DNA of 64,000 nucleotides from the human T2T-CHM13v2.0 reference genome, Homo sapiens. The notes under the pieces were generated by a model. That model was not told the origin of the DNA. It ran no database searches and saw only the letters and a list, made by a program, of their open reading frames with translations. Location of the stretch: NCBI RefSeq assembly GCF_009914755.1, contig NC_060938.1, one strand, 5' to 3'. The translations under genes were made by a program, and so were the position numbers. Below, in pieces: positions 11,501-27,054 of this stretch (position 1 is its first letter; the number at the start of each line of letters is the position of its first letter).

Positions 11501-14500
11501 ACAGTCTTTTTGTAGTATCTCCTAAGGGATGTTTGCATGTGGTTTGAGGCCTATGTTGAAAAAGGAAATATCTTCACATAAAAACTAGACAGAAGCTTTC
11601 TGAGAAACTTCTTTGTGATGTGTGAATTCATCTCACAGTGTTGAACCTTTCGTTGGATTGAGCAGTTTGGAAACAATTATTTTGTAGAATCTGCAAAGGT
11701 ATATTTCTGAGCCCATTGAGGCCTATGGTGAATTATGAAATATCTTCACATAAAAACTAGACAGAAGGTTTCTAAGAAACTTCTTTGTGCTGCGTGCTTC
11801 CATCTCACAGAGTTGAACCTTTCTTTTGATTGAGCAGTTTGGAAACACTCTTTTTGTAGAATCTGCAAATGGATATTTGGAGGACTTTGAGGCCCATGGT
11901 AAAAAAGGAAATATCTTCACATAGAAACTAAATGGAAGCTTTCTGATCAACTTTTTTTGTGATGCATGCACTCATCTCACAGAGTTGAACCATTCTTTTG
12001 ATTGAGCAGTTGGAAACAGTCTTTTTGTAGAATCCGCAAATGGGTATTTGGAGCGGTTTGAGGCCTATGGTGAAAAAGGAAAGTTCTTCACATAAAAACG
12101 AGACAGAAGCATTCTGAGAAACTTCTTTGTGATGAGAGATTTCATTTCACAGAGTTTAAACTTTCTTTTCATTGAGCAGTTTGGAAACAGTCTTTTTGTA
12201 GAATCTGCAAAGGGATATTTGTGAGCCATTTGAGGCATGTGGTGAAAAAGGAAATACCTTCACATAAAAACTAGACAGAAGCATTTTGAGAAACCTCTTT
12301 GTGATGTTTGAATTCATCTGACAGAGTTGAACCTTTCTTTTGATTGAGCAGTTTGGAGACAGTCTTTTTGTACAATCTGCAAAGGGATATTTCTGAGCCG
12401 TTTGAGGCCTATGATGAAAAAGAAATATCTTCCAATAAAAACTAGACAGAAGCATTCTTAGAAACTACTTTGTGATGTGTCCATTCATCTCACAGAGTTG
12501 AAATTTTCTTTTGATTGAGCAGTTTGGTAACAGTATTTTTGTAGCATCTGCAAATGTATATTTGTGAGCCCTTTATGGCCTATGGTGAAATAGGAAATAT
12601 CTTCACATAAAAACTAGACAGTAGCTTTTTGAGAAACTTCTCTGTGATGTGTGCTTTCATCTCACAGATTTGAAAATGTTTTTCAATTGTGCAGATTGGA
12701 AACAGTCTTTTTGTAGAAACTGCAAATGGATATTTGGATCGCTTTGAGGCCTATGGTGAAAAATGAAATATCTTCACATAAAAATTAGATGGAAGCATTC
12801 TGAAAAACTTCTTTCTGACGTTTGCATTCATCTCACACTGTTGAACATTTCTTTGATTGAAGATTTGGAAACACTTTTTTTTTGTAAAATCTACAAAGGG
12901 ATAATTGTGAACCCTTTGAGGCCTATTGTGAAGTAGGAAATATCTTCATATAAAAACTACACAGAAACATTCTGAGAAACTTTTTTTGTGATGGGTGCAT
13001 TCATCTCACACAGTTGAAGCTTTCTTTTGCTAGAGCAGTTTGGAAGCAGTCCTTTGTAGAATCCCCAAAGGGATATTTCTGAGCTCATTGAGGCCTTTGG
13101 TGATATAGAAAATATCTTCACATAAAAGCTAGACAGAAGCTTTCTGAGAAACCTCTTTTAATGAGTGCTTTCATCTCAAAGAACTGAGGGTTTCTTTTGA
13201 CTGAGCAGTTTGGAAACACTCTTTTTGCAGAATCTGCAAGTGGATAATTGGAGTGCTTTGAGGCCTATGGTGAAAAAGGAAATATCTTCACATAAAAACT
13301 AAACAAAAGATTTCTGAGAAACTACTTTGTAATGTGTGCATTCATCTCACAGCGTTGAAACTTTCTTTTGATTGAGCTGTTTGTAAACAGTCTTTTTGTA
13401 GAATCTGTAAATGGATATTTGGAGTGCTTTGAGGCCTATGGTGAAAAAGGAAATATCTTCACAAAAAAACTAGAAAGAAACATTCTGAGAAACTTCTTTG
13501 TGATGTGTGCTTTCATCTCACAAAGTTGAACCTTTCTTTTCATTGAGCAGTTTGGAAACAGACTTTTTGTAGAATCTGGAAATGCACATTCAGAGCACTT
13601 TGAGGCCTATGGTGAAAAAGGAAATATCTTCAGATAAACACTAAACAGAAACTTTCTGAGAAACTTCTTTGTGATACGTTCATTCATATTACAGGGCTGA
13701 ACCTTTCTTTTGATTTAGCAGTTTGTAAACAGTCTTTTGGTAGAATCTGCAAATGGATACTTGGAGTGGTTTGAGGCCTATGGTGAAAAGGAAAAGATCC
13801 TCACAAAAAAAACTAGAAAGATACATTCTGAGAAACTTCTTTGTGATGTGTGCTTTCACCTCACAGAGTTGAAACTTTCTTTTCATTGAGCAATTTGGAA
13901 ACAGTCTTTTTGTAGAATCTGCAAATGGATATTTGGAGCGCTTTGAGGCCTATGGTGAAAAAGGAAATATCTCACATAAACACTAGACAGAAGCATTTTG
14001 AGAAACTTCTTTGTGTTGTGTCCATTCATCTCACAGAGTTGAACCTTTCTTTGTATTGAGAAGTTTGGAAACAATCTTTTTGTAGAATCTGCAAAAAATA
14101 TTTGTGAGCCCTTTATGGCCCATGGTGAAACAGGAATTATCCTCACAGAAAGACTAGACAGAAACTTTCTGAGAAACTTCTTTGTGATGTGTGCTTTCAA
14201 CTCACAGAGTTGAACCTCTCTTTTGATTGAGCAGTTTGGAAACAGTCTTTTTGTGGAATCTGCAAATGGATGTTTGGAGCGTTGAGGCCTATGGTGAAAA
14301 AGGAAATACCTTCACATAGAAACTAGGCAGAAGCATTCTGAGAAACATCTCTGTGATGTGTGCATTCATCTCATAGAGGTGAACTTTTCTTTGACTGAGC
14401 AGTTTGGAAACAGACCTTTTGTAGGATCTGCAAAGGGATATTTCTGAGCCCATTGAAGCCTAGGGTGAAAAAGTAATATCTTCACATAAAAACTAGACAG

Positions 14501-17500
14501 AAGCATTCTGGTAAACTTTTTTGTGATGTGTCCATTCATCTCACAGAGTTGAAACTTTCTTTGGATTGAGCAGTTTGGAAACAGTCTTTTTGTAGAATCT
14601 GCAAAAAATATTTGTGAGCCCTATATGGCCCATGGTGAAATAGGAAATATCTTCACAAAAAAAAACTAGACAGAAGCTTTCTGAGACACTTCTTTGTGAT
14701 GTGTGCTTTCATGTCACAGTGTTGAACCTTTCTTTTGATTGAGCAGTTTGGAAACACTCTTCTTGTAGAATCTGCAAATGGGTATTTGGACTGCTTTGAG
14801 GCCTATGGTGAAAAAGAAAACATATTCACATAAAAAATACTGGACAGATGCATTCTGAGAAACTTCTGTGTGATGTGTGCATTCATCTCACAGCGTTGAA
14901 TCTGTCTTTGGATTCAGCAGTTTTCTAAAAATTCCTTTTGTAGCATCTGCAAAGGGATATTTCTTAGCCCATTGAGGCCTATGGTGAAAAAGGAAATATC
15001 TTCAAATAAAAACAAAACAGAAGCCTTCTGAGAAACTTCTTTGTGATGTGTGCATTCATCTCAGAGTGTTGGACCTTTCTTTTGATTGAGCAGTTTGGAA
15101 ACAGTCTTTTTGTAAAATCTGCAAAGGGATATTTCTGAGCCGTTTGAGGCCTATGGTGAAAAAGAAATATCTTCACATAAAAACTAGACAGAAGCATTCT
15201 GAGAAACTTCCTTTTGATGTGTGCATTCATCTCAAAGAGTTGAACATTTCTTTTGTTTGAGCAGTTTGGAAACAGTCTTTTTTTAGAATATGCAAACGGA
15301 TATTGTTGAGCCCTTTACAGCCTATGATGAAATAGGAAATACCTTTACATAAAAACTAAAAAGAATCATTCTGAGAAACTTCTGTGTGATGTGTGCATTA
15401 ATCTCACAGAGTTGAGCCATTGTTTTCATGGAGCAGTTTGGAAACAGTCTTCTTGTGGTATCTGCAGAGGGATATTTGTGAGCAGTTTAAGGCCTATGGT
15501 GAAAAAGGAAATATCTTCACATAAAAACTAGACAGAAGCATTCTGAGAAACTTCTTTTTTATGTGTGCATTCATCTCACAGAGATGAATCTTCCTTTTCA
15601 TTGAGCAGTTTGGAAACAGTCCTTTTGTACAATCTGCAAAGGAATATTTCTGAGCGGTTTGGGGCCTATGGTGAAAAAGTAATATCTTCACATAAAAACT
15701 ATACAGAAGCAATCTGAGAAACTTCTGTTTTGTGGGTGCTTTCACATCACAGAGTTGAAACTTTCTTTTCATTGAGCAGTTCGGAAACAGTCTTTTTGTA
15801 GAATCTGCAAAGGGATATTTGTGGGTTCATTGAGGCCTGTGGGGAAATAGGAAATAGCCTCACAGAAAAAATAGATAGAAGCTTTCTGAGAAACTTTTTT
15901 GTGATGTGTGCTTTCATCGCACAGAGTTGAACTTTCCTTTGATTGAGCAGGTTATAAGCAGTCTTTTTGTAGAATCTGCAAATGGATATTTGCAGCATTT
16001 TAGGCCTATGATGAACAGGAAATATCTTCATATAAAAACTAGATAGAAGCATTCTGAGAAGCTGATTTGTGATGTGTGCATTCATGTCACAGAGTTGAAA
16101 CTTTCCTTTGATTGAGCTGTTTGGAAAGAGTCCTTTTGTAGAATCTGCAAAGGGATATTTGTGAGCCCATTGAGGCCTATGGTGAAATAGGAAATATCTT
16201 CACATAAAAACTTGACAGAAGCTTTCTGAAAAACTTCTTCATGCTGTGTGCTTTCAGCTCACAGAGTTCAACCTCTCTTTTGATTGAGCACTTTGGAAAC
16301 ACTCTTTTTGTAGAGCCTACAAATGGATACTTGGAGTGCTTTGAGGCCTATGGTGAAAAAGGAAATATCTGCAAATAAACACTAGACAGAAACTGTCTGA
16401 GAAACTACTTTGTGATGCGTGCTTTCATCTCACAGATTTGGACCTTCGTTTTCATTGAGCAGTTTGGCAACAAGTCATTTTGTAGAATCTGCAAAGGGAT
16501 ATTTGTGAGCGGCTTGAGGCCTATGGTGAAAAGGTAAATATCTTCACATAAAACCTAGACAGAAACATTTTGAGAAAACTCATTGTGATGTTTGCATTCA
16601 TCTCATTGAGTTGAACCTTTCTGTTTATTGAGCAGTGTGGAAACATATTTTTTGTGCAATCTGCAAATGAATATTTGTTTGTGGTTTGAGACCTATGGTG
16701 AAAAAGTAATATCTTCACATAAAAACTGGACAGAAGCATTCTGAGAAACTAATTTTTTATGTGTGCATTCATCTCACAGAGTTGAACCTTTCTGTTTATG
16801 AAGTAGTTTGGAAACAGTTTTTTGTAGAATCTGAAAAGGGATATTTGTGATCCCTTTGAGGCCTAAGGTGAAATGGGAAATATCTTCACATAAAAACTAG
16901 ACAGAATCTTTCTGAGAAACTTTTTGTGATGTGGGCTTTCATCTCACAGATTTGAACCTTTATTTTTATTGAGCAGTTTGGAAAGAGTCTTTTTGTAGTA
17001 TCTGCAGAGGGCTATTAGTGAGTGGACCAAGGCCTATAGTGAAAAAGGAAATGGCTTCTCAAAAAAACTAGACAGAAGCATTCTGAGAACGTTCTTTGTG
17101 ATGTGTGCATTCATCTCACAGAGTTAAGCCTTTCTTTTGATTGAGCTGTTTGGAAACAGTTTTTAGCTCATTGAGGCCTACTTTGAAATGTGAAATATCT
17201 TCACATAAAAACTAGATAGAAGGTTTCTAAGAAACTTCTTTGTGATGTGTGCTTTCATCTCACAGAGTGGAACCTTTCTTTTGATTGAGTGGATTGGAAA
17301 CACTCTTTTTGTAGAATCTGCAAGTGGATATTTGGAGTGCTTTGAGGCCCATGGTGAAAAAGGAAATATCTTCACATAAAAAGTAAACAGAAGTTTTTTG
17401 AGAAACTTCTTTGTTATGTGTGCATTCATCTCACAGAGTTGAACAGTTCTTTTGATTGAGCAATTTGGAAACAGTCTTTTTGTAGAATCTGCAGGTGGAT

Positions 17501-20500
17501 ATTTGGAGCGCTTTGAGGCCTATGGTGAAAAAAGGAAATTTCTTCACATAAAACTAGACAAAAGCGTTCTGAGAAACTTCTTTGTGATGTGTGCTTTCAT
17601 CTCAGAGTTTAACCTTTCTTTCATTGAGCAGTTTGGAAACGGTCTTTTTGTAGAATCTGAAAAGGAATATTTATGAGTGGCTTGAGGCCTGTGGTGAAAA
17701 AGGCAATACCTTCACATAAAAACCAGACAGAAGATTTTTGAGAAACCTCTTTGTGATGTTTGTATTCATCTCCCAGAGTTGAATCTTCCTTTTCATTGAG
17801 CTGTTTGGAAACCGTCTTTTTGCACAATCTGTAAAGGGATATTTCTGAGTGATTTGAGGCCTATGGTGAAAAAGAAATATCTTCACATAAAATTAGACAG
17901 AAACATTCCAGGAAACTTCTCTGTGATGTGTGCATTCATCCCACAGAGTTGAACCTTTCATTGCATTCAGTAGTTTGGAAACAGTCTTTTCATAGAATCT
18001 GCAAAGGGATATTTCTGAGCCCTTTGAGGACTATGGTGAAATAGGAAATATCTTCACATAAAAACTAGACAGAATCTTTTTGAGAAACTTCTTTGTGATG
18101 CGTGCTTTCATCTCACAGAATTGAACCTTTTTTTTGATTGAGCAGTTTGGAAACAGTCCTTTTGTAGAATCTGCAAAGGGATATTTCTGAGCCCTTTGAG
18201 TCCTATAGTGAAATAGGAAATATCTTCACATAATAACTAGACACAAGCATTCTGAGAAACTTCTTTGTGATGCGTGCTTTCATATCACAGATTTGAACCT
18301 TTCTTTTCATTGAGCAGTTTGGGAACAAGTCATTGTATAGAATCTGCAAAGGTATATTTTTGAGCAGTTTGAAGCCTATGGTGAAAAACTAAATATCTTC
18401 ACATAAAAACCAGGCAGAAGTTTTTGAGATAACTCTTTGTGATGTTTGCATTCATCTCAAAGAGTTGAACCTTTCTGTTCATTGAGGAGTTTGGAAACAT
18501 TCTTTTTGTGCAATCTGCAAAGGAATATTTCTGAGTGGTTTCAGGCCTGTGGTGAAAAAGAAATATCCTCACATAAAAACTAGACAGAAGCATTCTGAGA
18601 AACTTCTTTTTTATATGTGCATTCACCTCACAGAGTTGAACATTTTTTTTCATTAAGCAGTTTGGAAACAGTGTTTTTGTAGAATCTGCAAAGGGATATT
18701 TGTGATCCCTTTGAGGCTTATGGTGAAATAGGAAATATCTTCACAGAAATACTAGACAGAAGCTTTCTGAGAAACTACTTTGTGATATATGCTTTCATCC
18801 TACAGAGTTGAACCTTTCTTTTGATTGATCACTTTGGAAACAGTCTTTTTGAAGAATCTACAAAAGGATATTTGGAGAGCTTTGAGGCCTATGGTCAAAA
18901 AGGAAATATACTCACATAAAAACTAGACAAAAACATTTTGAGAAACTTCTTTGTGATGTGCACTTTCATTTCACAGTGTTGAACCTTTGCTTTGATTGAG
19001 CAGTTTGGAAACAGTCTTTTTGTACAATCTGCAAAGGGATATTTCTGGGCCATTTGAGGCCTATGGTGAAAATGAAACATCTGCACATAAAAACTAGACA
19101 GAAGCATTCATGAGAAACTTCTTTGTGATGTGTCCATTCATGTCACAGAGTTGAACATTTCTTTTGATTGAGCAGTTTGGAAACAGTCGTTTTGTAGAAT
19201 CTGCAAAGGGATATTTGTGAGCCCTTTAGGGCCTGTGGTGAAATACAAAATATCTTCACATAAAAACTAGACAGAAGCATTCTGAGAAACTTCTTTGTGA
19301 TGTGTGCTTTCATCTCACAGTGTTGAACGTTTCTTTTGATTAAGCAGTTTGGAAAATCTTTTTGTAGAATCTGCAAATGGATATTTGGAGCTATTTGAGG
19401 CCCATGGTGAAAAAGGAAGTACCTTCACATAAAAACTAGACAGAAAATTTCTGAGAAACTTCTTTGTGATGTGTGAATTCATGTCACAGAATTCAACCTT
19501 TCTTTCCATTGAGCAGTTTGGAAACAGTCTTTTGTAGAAGGTGCAAAGGGAAATTTCTTAGCTGTTTCAGGCCTATGGTGAAAAAGAAATATCTTCACAT
19601 AAAAACTAGACAGAGGCATTCTGAGAAACTTCTTTTTATGTGTGCATTCACCTCCCAGAGTTGAACGTTTCTTTTCATTGAGAAGTTCAGAAACAGTCTT
19701 TTAGTAGAATCTGCCAAAGGATCTATGTGAGCCCCTTGAGGCCCATGGTGAAATAAGAAATATCTTCACAGAAAAACTAGACAGAAGCATTCTGAGAAAC
19801 TTCTTTGTGATATTTGCATTCATCTCAGAGAGTTGGAACTTTGTTTTGATTGAGCAGTTTGGAAGCAGTCTTTTTGATATATCTGCAAATGGATATTTGG
19901 AGCGCTTTGTGACTTGTGGTGAAAAACTGAATATCTTCATATAAAACCTAGTTAGAAACCTTCTGAAGAACTTCTTTGTGATGTGTGCTTTTATCTCACA
20001 GAGTTGAACCTTTCTTTTCATTGAGCAGTTTGGAAGCAGTCTTTTTGAAGTATATGCAGAGGGATATTTGGGATTGGTTTAAGGCCCATGGTGAAAGAGT
20101 AAATATCTTCAGATAAAAACTAGACAGAAGCATTCTGAGAAAGTTCTTTGTGATGTGTACATTCATCACACAAAGCTGAAAATTTCTTTTTATTGAGCAG
20201 TTTTGAAACAGTCTTTTTGTCCAATCTGCAAAGGGATACTTCTTAGACGTTTGAGGCCTATGGTGAAAAAGAAATATCTTCACATAAAAACTAGACAGAA
20301 GCTTTCTGAGAAACTTCTGTGTGATGTGTTCATTCATCTCATACAGTTGAAATTTTCTTTTGATGGAGCAGCTTGGAAACAGTCTTTTTGTATATTCTGT
20401 AAAGGGATATTTGTGATCCCTTTATGGCTTAAGGTGAAATATGAAATATCTTCACATAAAAATTAGAAGCTTTCTGAGAAACTTATTTGTGATGTGTGCA

Positions 20501-23500
20501 TTCACCTCACAGAGTTGAAATTTTCCTTTGTTAGAGCAGTTTGGAAAGAGGCCTTTTGTAGGATCTCCAAAGGGATATTTTTGAATCCACTGAGGTGTAT
20601 AATGAAAAAGGAAATATCTTCACATTAAAACTACAAAGAAACCATCTGAGAAACTTCTTTGTGATGTGCACTTTCATTTCACATGTTGAACCTTTTCTTT
20701 GATTGAGCAGTTTGGAAAGAGTCTTTTTGGACAATCTGCAAAGGGATATTTCTGAGTCATTTGAGGCCTGTGGTGAAAAAGAAATGTATTCACATAAAAA
20801 CTAGACAGAAGTATTCTGATAAACTACTTTGTGATGTGTGCATTCATCTCACAGGGCTGAATCTTTGTTTTGATTGAGTAGTTTGGAAAAAGTCCTTTTG
20901 TAGAATCTGCAAAGGGATATTTGGAGAGCTTTCAGGCCTATGTTGAAAAAGGAAATATATTCACATAAAAAGTAGACAGAAGCTTTCTGAGAAACTTATT
21001 TGTGATGTGTGCATTTGTCTCACATAGTTGAACATTTCTTTTGATTGAGCAGGTTGGAAACAGTCTTTTTGTAGTATCTGCAGAGGGATATTTGTGGGCA
21101 GTTTGACACCTATGGTGAAAAAGGAAATATCTTCACATAAAATCTAGACAGAAGCATTCTGAGAAATTTTGTGATGTGTGAATTCATATAACAGAGTTGA
21201 AAATTTCTTTGGAGTGAGCAGTTTGGAAAGAGTCCTTTTGTAGAAACTGCAAAGGGATATTTCTGAACCATTGAGGCCTACGGTGAAATATGAAATATCT
21301 TCACATAATAACTAGACAGAATCTTTCTAAGAAACTTCTTTGTGATGTGTGCTTTCATCTCAAAGAGTTGAAACTTTCTTTTGATTGAGCAGTTTGGAAG
21401 CATTCTTTTTCTGGAATCTGCAAATAGATATTTGTAGAGTTTTGAGGCCTATCGTGAAAAAGGAATTATATTCACATAAGAAGTAGACTGAAGCATTCTC
21501 TGAAACTTCTTTGTGACGTGTGCATTCATTTCACAGAGTTGAACATTTATTTTGATTGAGCAGTTTGGAAACAGTCTTTTTGTAGTATCTGCAGGGGGAT
21601 ATTTGTGAGCAGTTTGAGGTCTATGGTGAAAAAGAAATATCTTCACATGAAAACTAGACAGAAGCATTCTGAGAAACTTTTGTGATGTGTGCATTCATCT
21701 CACAGAGTTGAACCTTTCTTTAGTTTGAGCAGTTTGGAAACAGTCCTTTTGTAGAATCTGAAAAGGGATATTTCTGAGCCCATTGAGGCCAACGGTGAAA
21801 TATGAAATATCTTCACATAATAACTAGACAGAAGCTTTCTAAGAAACTTCTTTGTGATGTGTGCTTTCATCTCACAAAGTTGAAAGTGTCTTTTATTTGA
21901 GCAGTTTAGAAAGACTCTTTTTGTAGAATCTGTAAATGGATATTTGGAGTGCTTTGAGGCCTATGGTGAAAAAAGAAATATCTTCACATAAAAACTAAAC
22001 AGAAACTTTCCAAGAAACTTGTTTGTGATGTCTACATTCATCTGACAGAGTTGAATGTTTCTTTTGGTTGAACATTTTGGAAAGAGTATTATTGTACAAT
22101 ATGGAAAGGGATATTTCTGAGCCGTTAGAGTCCTATGGTGAAAGAGAAATACCTTCACATAAAAAGTAGACAGTAGCATTATGAGAAACTGTTTTGAGAT
22201 GTCACAGAGTTGAACCTTTCTTTTGATTCAACAATTTGGAAAAAGTCTTTTTATAGAATCTGCAAAGTGATATTTGTGAGTCCTTTGTGGCCTCAGATGA
22301 AATAGGAAATATCTTCACATAAAAACTAGACAGAAGCTGTCTGAGTAACTTCTTTGTGATGTGTGCTTTCATCTCACAGAGTTAAAAATTTCTTTTTATT
22401 GAGCAGTTTGGAAACAGTCTTTTGTAGAATCTGCAAATCAATGTTTGGATCACTTTGAGGCCTATCGTTAGAAGGGAAGTATCTTCACATAAAAACTAGA
22501 CAGAAGCTTTCTGAGAAACTTCTTTGTGTTGTGTGCTTTCATCTCACAGAGTTGAACCATCCTTTTGATTGAGCAGTTAGGAAACAGTCTTTTTCTACAA
22601 TCTGCAAAGGGATATTTCTGAGGGGTTTGAGGCCTACGGTGAAAAAGAAATATCTTCATATGAAAACTAGACAGAAGCATCCTGAGAAACTTCTTTGTGA
22701 TGTGTGCATTCATCTCATAGGGTTGAACCTTTCTTTTAATTGAGCAGTTTGGAAACAGTCTTTTTGTACAATCTACAAAGGGATATTTCTGAACGGTTTG
22801 ATGCCTATGTTGAAAAAGAAATATCTACATATAAATACTAGACAGAAGCATTCTGAGAAACTGCTTTTTTATGTGTGCATTCTCTCACAGAGTTGAAACT
22901 TTCTTTGCATGGAGCAGTTCAAAAACTGTCTTTTTGTAGAGTCTGCAAAGGGATATTTGTGAGCTCTTTGAGGCCTATGGTGAAATATGAAATATCTTCA
23001 CATAAAAACTAGACAGAAGCATTATGAGAAACTTCTTTATGATGTGTGCTTTCATCTCACAGAGTTGAACATTATTTTTGATTGAGCAGTTTGGAAACAC
23101 TCTTTTTGTAGAATCTGCAAATGGATGTGTGGAGTGCTTTGAAGCCTATGTTGAAAAAGGAAATATCTTCACATAAAACTTTCTGAAAAACTTCTTTGTG
23201 ATGTGTGCATTCATCTCACAGAGTTGAGCCTTTCTTTTGATTGAGCGGTTTGGAAACAGTCTTTTTGTAGAATCTGCAAATGGATATTTGGAGCGCTTTG
23301 AGCCTATTGTGAAGAAGGAACTATCTTCACATAAAAACTAGATAGAAATTTTCTGAGAAACTTCTTTGTGATGTTTGCATTCATCTCACAGAGTTGAACC
23401 TTTCTTTTCATTTGACAGTTTGGAAACAGTCTTTTTGTACAATCTGTAAAGGGATATTTCTTAGCCATTTGAGGCTTATGGTGAAAAAGACATATCTTCC

Positions 23501-26500
23501 CATAAAAACTAGACAGAAGCTTTCTGAGAAACTACTTTGTGATGTGTCCATTCATCTCACACAGTTGAACCTTTGTTTTGATTGAGCTGTTTGGAAACAG
23601 TCTTTTTGTAGATTCTGCAAAGGGATATTTGTGATACCTTTATGGCCTATGGTGAAATAGGAAATATCTTCACTTAACAACTAGACGAACATTCTGAGAA
23701 ACTTATTTGTGATGTGTGCTTTCATCTCACAGAGTTGAAACTTTCTTTTGATTGAGCAGTTTGGAAAGAGGCCGTTTGTAGTATCTGAAAAGGGATATTT
23801 TTGAGCCCTTTGAGGCCTATGATGAAAGAGGAAATATCTTCACATATAAACTAGATAGAAACTTTCTGAGAAAATTCTTTTTAATGTGTGCTTTCATCTT
23901 ACAGTGTATAATCTCTTTTCATTGAACAGTTTGGAAACAGTCTTTTTGTAAAATCTGCATAGGGATATTTCTGAGTGGTTTGAGGCCTATGATGAAAAAG
24001 AAATATCTTCACATAAAAACTAGACAGAAGCATGCTGAGAAACTTCTTTTTTAGGTGTGCATTCATCTCACAGAGTTGAAACTTAGTTTTCATTGAGCAG
24101 TTCTGTAACAGTCCTTTTGTAGAATCTGCAAAGGGATACTTGTGAGCCCTTTGAGGCCCATGGTGTAATAGGAAATACCTCCACAAAAAAACTAGAAAGA
24201 AGCATTCTGAGTAACTTCTTTGTGATTTGTGCTTTCACCTCACAGAGTCGAACCTTTCTTTAGATTGAGCAGTTTGGAAACAGTCTTTTTGTAGTATCTG
24301 CAGAGGCATATTTGTGAGCAGTTTAAGGCCTATGGTGAAAAAGGAAATATCTTCACGTAAAAACTAGACAGAAGCATTCTGAGAAACTACTTTATGATGT
24401 TTGCATTCATCTCACAGAGTTGAATCTTTCTTTTGATTGAGCAGTTTAGAAACACTCCTTTTGTAGAGTCTGCAAATGGATATTTGGAGTGCTTTGAGGC
24501 CTATGGTGAAAAAGGAAATATCTTCACATAAAAACTAAACAGAAGCGTTCTGAGAAACGTCTTTGTGATGAGTGTATTCATCTCACAGTGTCGAACCTTT
24601 GTTTTGATTGAGCAGTTTGGAAACAGTCTTTTTGTACAATCTGCAACGGGATATTTCTGAACTGTTTGACGCCTATGGTGAAAAACAAATGTCTTCACAT
24701 AATAACTAGACAGATGCACTCTGAGAAACTTCTTTGTGTGATGTCCATTCCTTGATCAGAGTTGAACCTTTCTTTTCGTTGATCAGTTTGGAAAAAGTCT
24801 TATTGTAGAATCTGCAAAGGGATATTTGTCAGCCTTTTGAGGACTAAGGTGAGATAGGAAATGTCTTCACATAAAAACTAGACGGAACATTCTGAGAAAC
24901 TTCTTTCTGACATGTGTATTACTCTCACAGTGTAGAACCTTTCTTATGAATGCACAATTAAGAAACAGTCTTTTTGTACTATCTGCATAGGAATATTTGT
25001 GAGGGGTTTGTGGCCTATGGTGAAAAAGGAAATATCTTCACAGAAAACTATACAGAAGCATTCTGGGAAACTTCCTTATGATGTGTTCTTTCATCTCACA
25101 GAGTAGAACTTTTCTTTTGATTTAGCAGATTGGAAACAGTCTTTTTGTAGTATCTGCAGTGGTATATATCTGAGCATTTTGAGGCCTATGGAGTTAAAGA
25201 AATATCATCACATAAAAACTAGACAGAAGCATTCTGAAAATTTCGTAATGTGTGCATTCATTACACGGATTTGAACCTTTCTTTTCATTGAGCTGTTTGG
25301 AAACAATCCTTTTGTAGAACCTGCAAAAGGATATTTCTGAACCCAATGATGCCTCTGTTGAAATAGGAAATATCTTCACATAAAAACTAGACAGAAGCCT
25401 TCTGAGAAACTTCTGTATTGTGTGTGCATTCATCTCACAGAGTTGAACCTTTATTTTGATTGAGCAGTTTGGAAACAGTCTGTTTTGAGTATCTGCAGAG
25501 GGATATTTGTAAGCAGTTTAAGGCCTATGTTGAAAAAGGAAATATGTTCACATAAAAACTAGACAGAAGCATTCTGAGAAACTTCTTTGTGATGTGTGCA
25601 TTCATCTCACAGAGTTGAACCTTTCTTTTGATTGAGCAGTTTGGAAACAGTCTTTTTTGTAGAAAATGCAAATGGAGATTTGGAGCAATTTGATCCTAGG
25701 GTGCAATAGGAAGTGTCTTCGAATAAAAACTAGACAGAAGCTTCCTGACAAACTTCTTTCTGATGTGTGCATTCATCTCACAGAGTTGAAAGTTTCTTTA
25801 GATTGAGCAGTATGGAAACACTTTTTTTGTAGGATCTACAGAGGGATATTTTTGAGCAGTTTGAGGCCTATGGTGAAAAAGGAACTATCTTCACATAAAG
25901 ACTAGACAGAAGCATTCTGAGAAAGTTCTTTGTGACGTGTGCATTCATCTCACAGAGACTAACTTTTGTTTTCATTAAGCAGTTTGCAAACAGTGTTTTT
26001 GCAGAAGCTGAAATGGGATATTTTTGAGCCCTTTGAGGCCTATGGTGAAATAGGAAATATCTTCACATAAAAACTTGTCAGAAACTTTCTGAGTAACTTC
26101 TTTGTGATATGTGTGTTCATCTTACAGAGTTGAAACTTTCTTTTGATTGAGCAGTTTGGAAACAATCTTTTTGTAGAATCTGCAAAAGGATATTTGGTGG
26201 GCTTTGAGGCCTATGGTGAAAAAGGAAGTATCTTCACATAAAAACTAGACAGAAGCTTTCTGAGAAACTTCTTTGTGATTTGTGCATTCATCTCACAGAG
26301 TTGAAACTTTCTTTTGATTGAGCAGTTTGGAAACAGTCTTTTTGTAGAATATGCAGAGGGATATTTGTGAGCAGTTTGTGGAGAAAAGTTAAAAAGGAAA
26401 TATCTTCACATAAAAACTAGACAGAAGCATTCTGAGAAATTTATTTTTGATGTGTGCATTCTTCTCACAGAGTTGAACCTTTTTTAGATAGAGCAGGTTG

Positions 26501-27054
26501 GAAAATGTTTTTTGTAGAATCTTCAAAGTGATAATTTGAATGCGTTGAGACTTACGGTGAAAAAGGAAATATCTTCACATAAAAACTGGACAGAAGCTTT
26601 CTGAGAAACTTCTTTGTGAAGTGTGCAACAGTCTTTTTGTAAAATCCGTAAAGGGACATTTGTGAGCACTTTGAGGCCTATATTGAAAAAGGAAACATCT
26701 TCAAATAAAAGCTAGATAGAAGCTTTCTGAGAAACTTTTTTTGTGATGTGTGCATTCACCTCACAGATTTGAACCTTTCTTTTGATTCAGTAGTTTGGAA
26801 ACAGTCTTTTTGTAGAATATGCAAAGGGTTATTTATGAGTAGTTTGAGGCCTATGGTGAAAAAGGGAGTATCAACAAATAAAAACTAGACAGAAACTTTC
26901 TGAGAAACTTCTCTGTGATGTGTGCATTCATCTTGCAGAGTGGAAGATTTCTTTGAGCCTTTTGGAAACAGTCTTTTTGTAGAATCTGCAAAGGGATATA
27001 TGTAGGTGGTTTGAGGTCTATGTTGAAAATGGAAATATCTTCACATAAAAACTA
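8572..27054 (+). repeat. Divergent monomeric alpha satellite (~171 bp, about 108 monomers), forward orientation
   Basis: Tandem cattctgagaaacttctttgtgatgtgtgcattcatctcacagagttgaacc...gaggcctatggtgaaaaaggaaatatcttcacataaaaactagacagaag; A-type box throughout, no CENP-B box seen. Confidence 0.98.

Noticed and set aside
11647-11665. Possible CENP-B box ctttcgttggattgagc
   Set aside because: Lacks the required CGGG and sits at the wrong monomer position; a chance variant of ctttcttttgattgagc.
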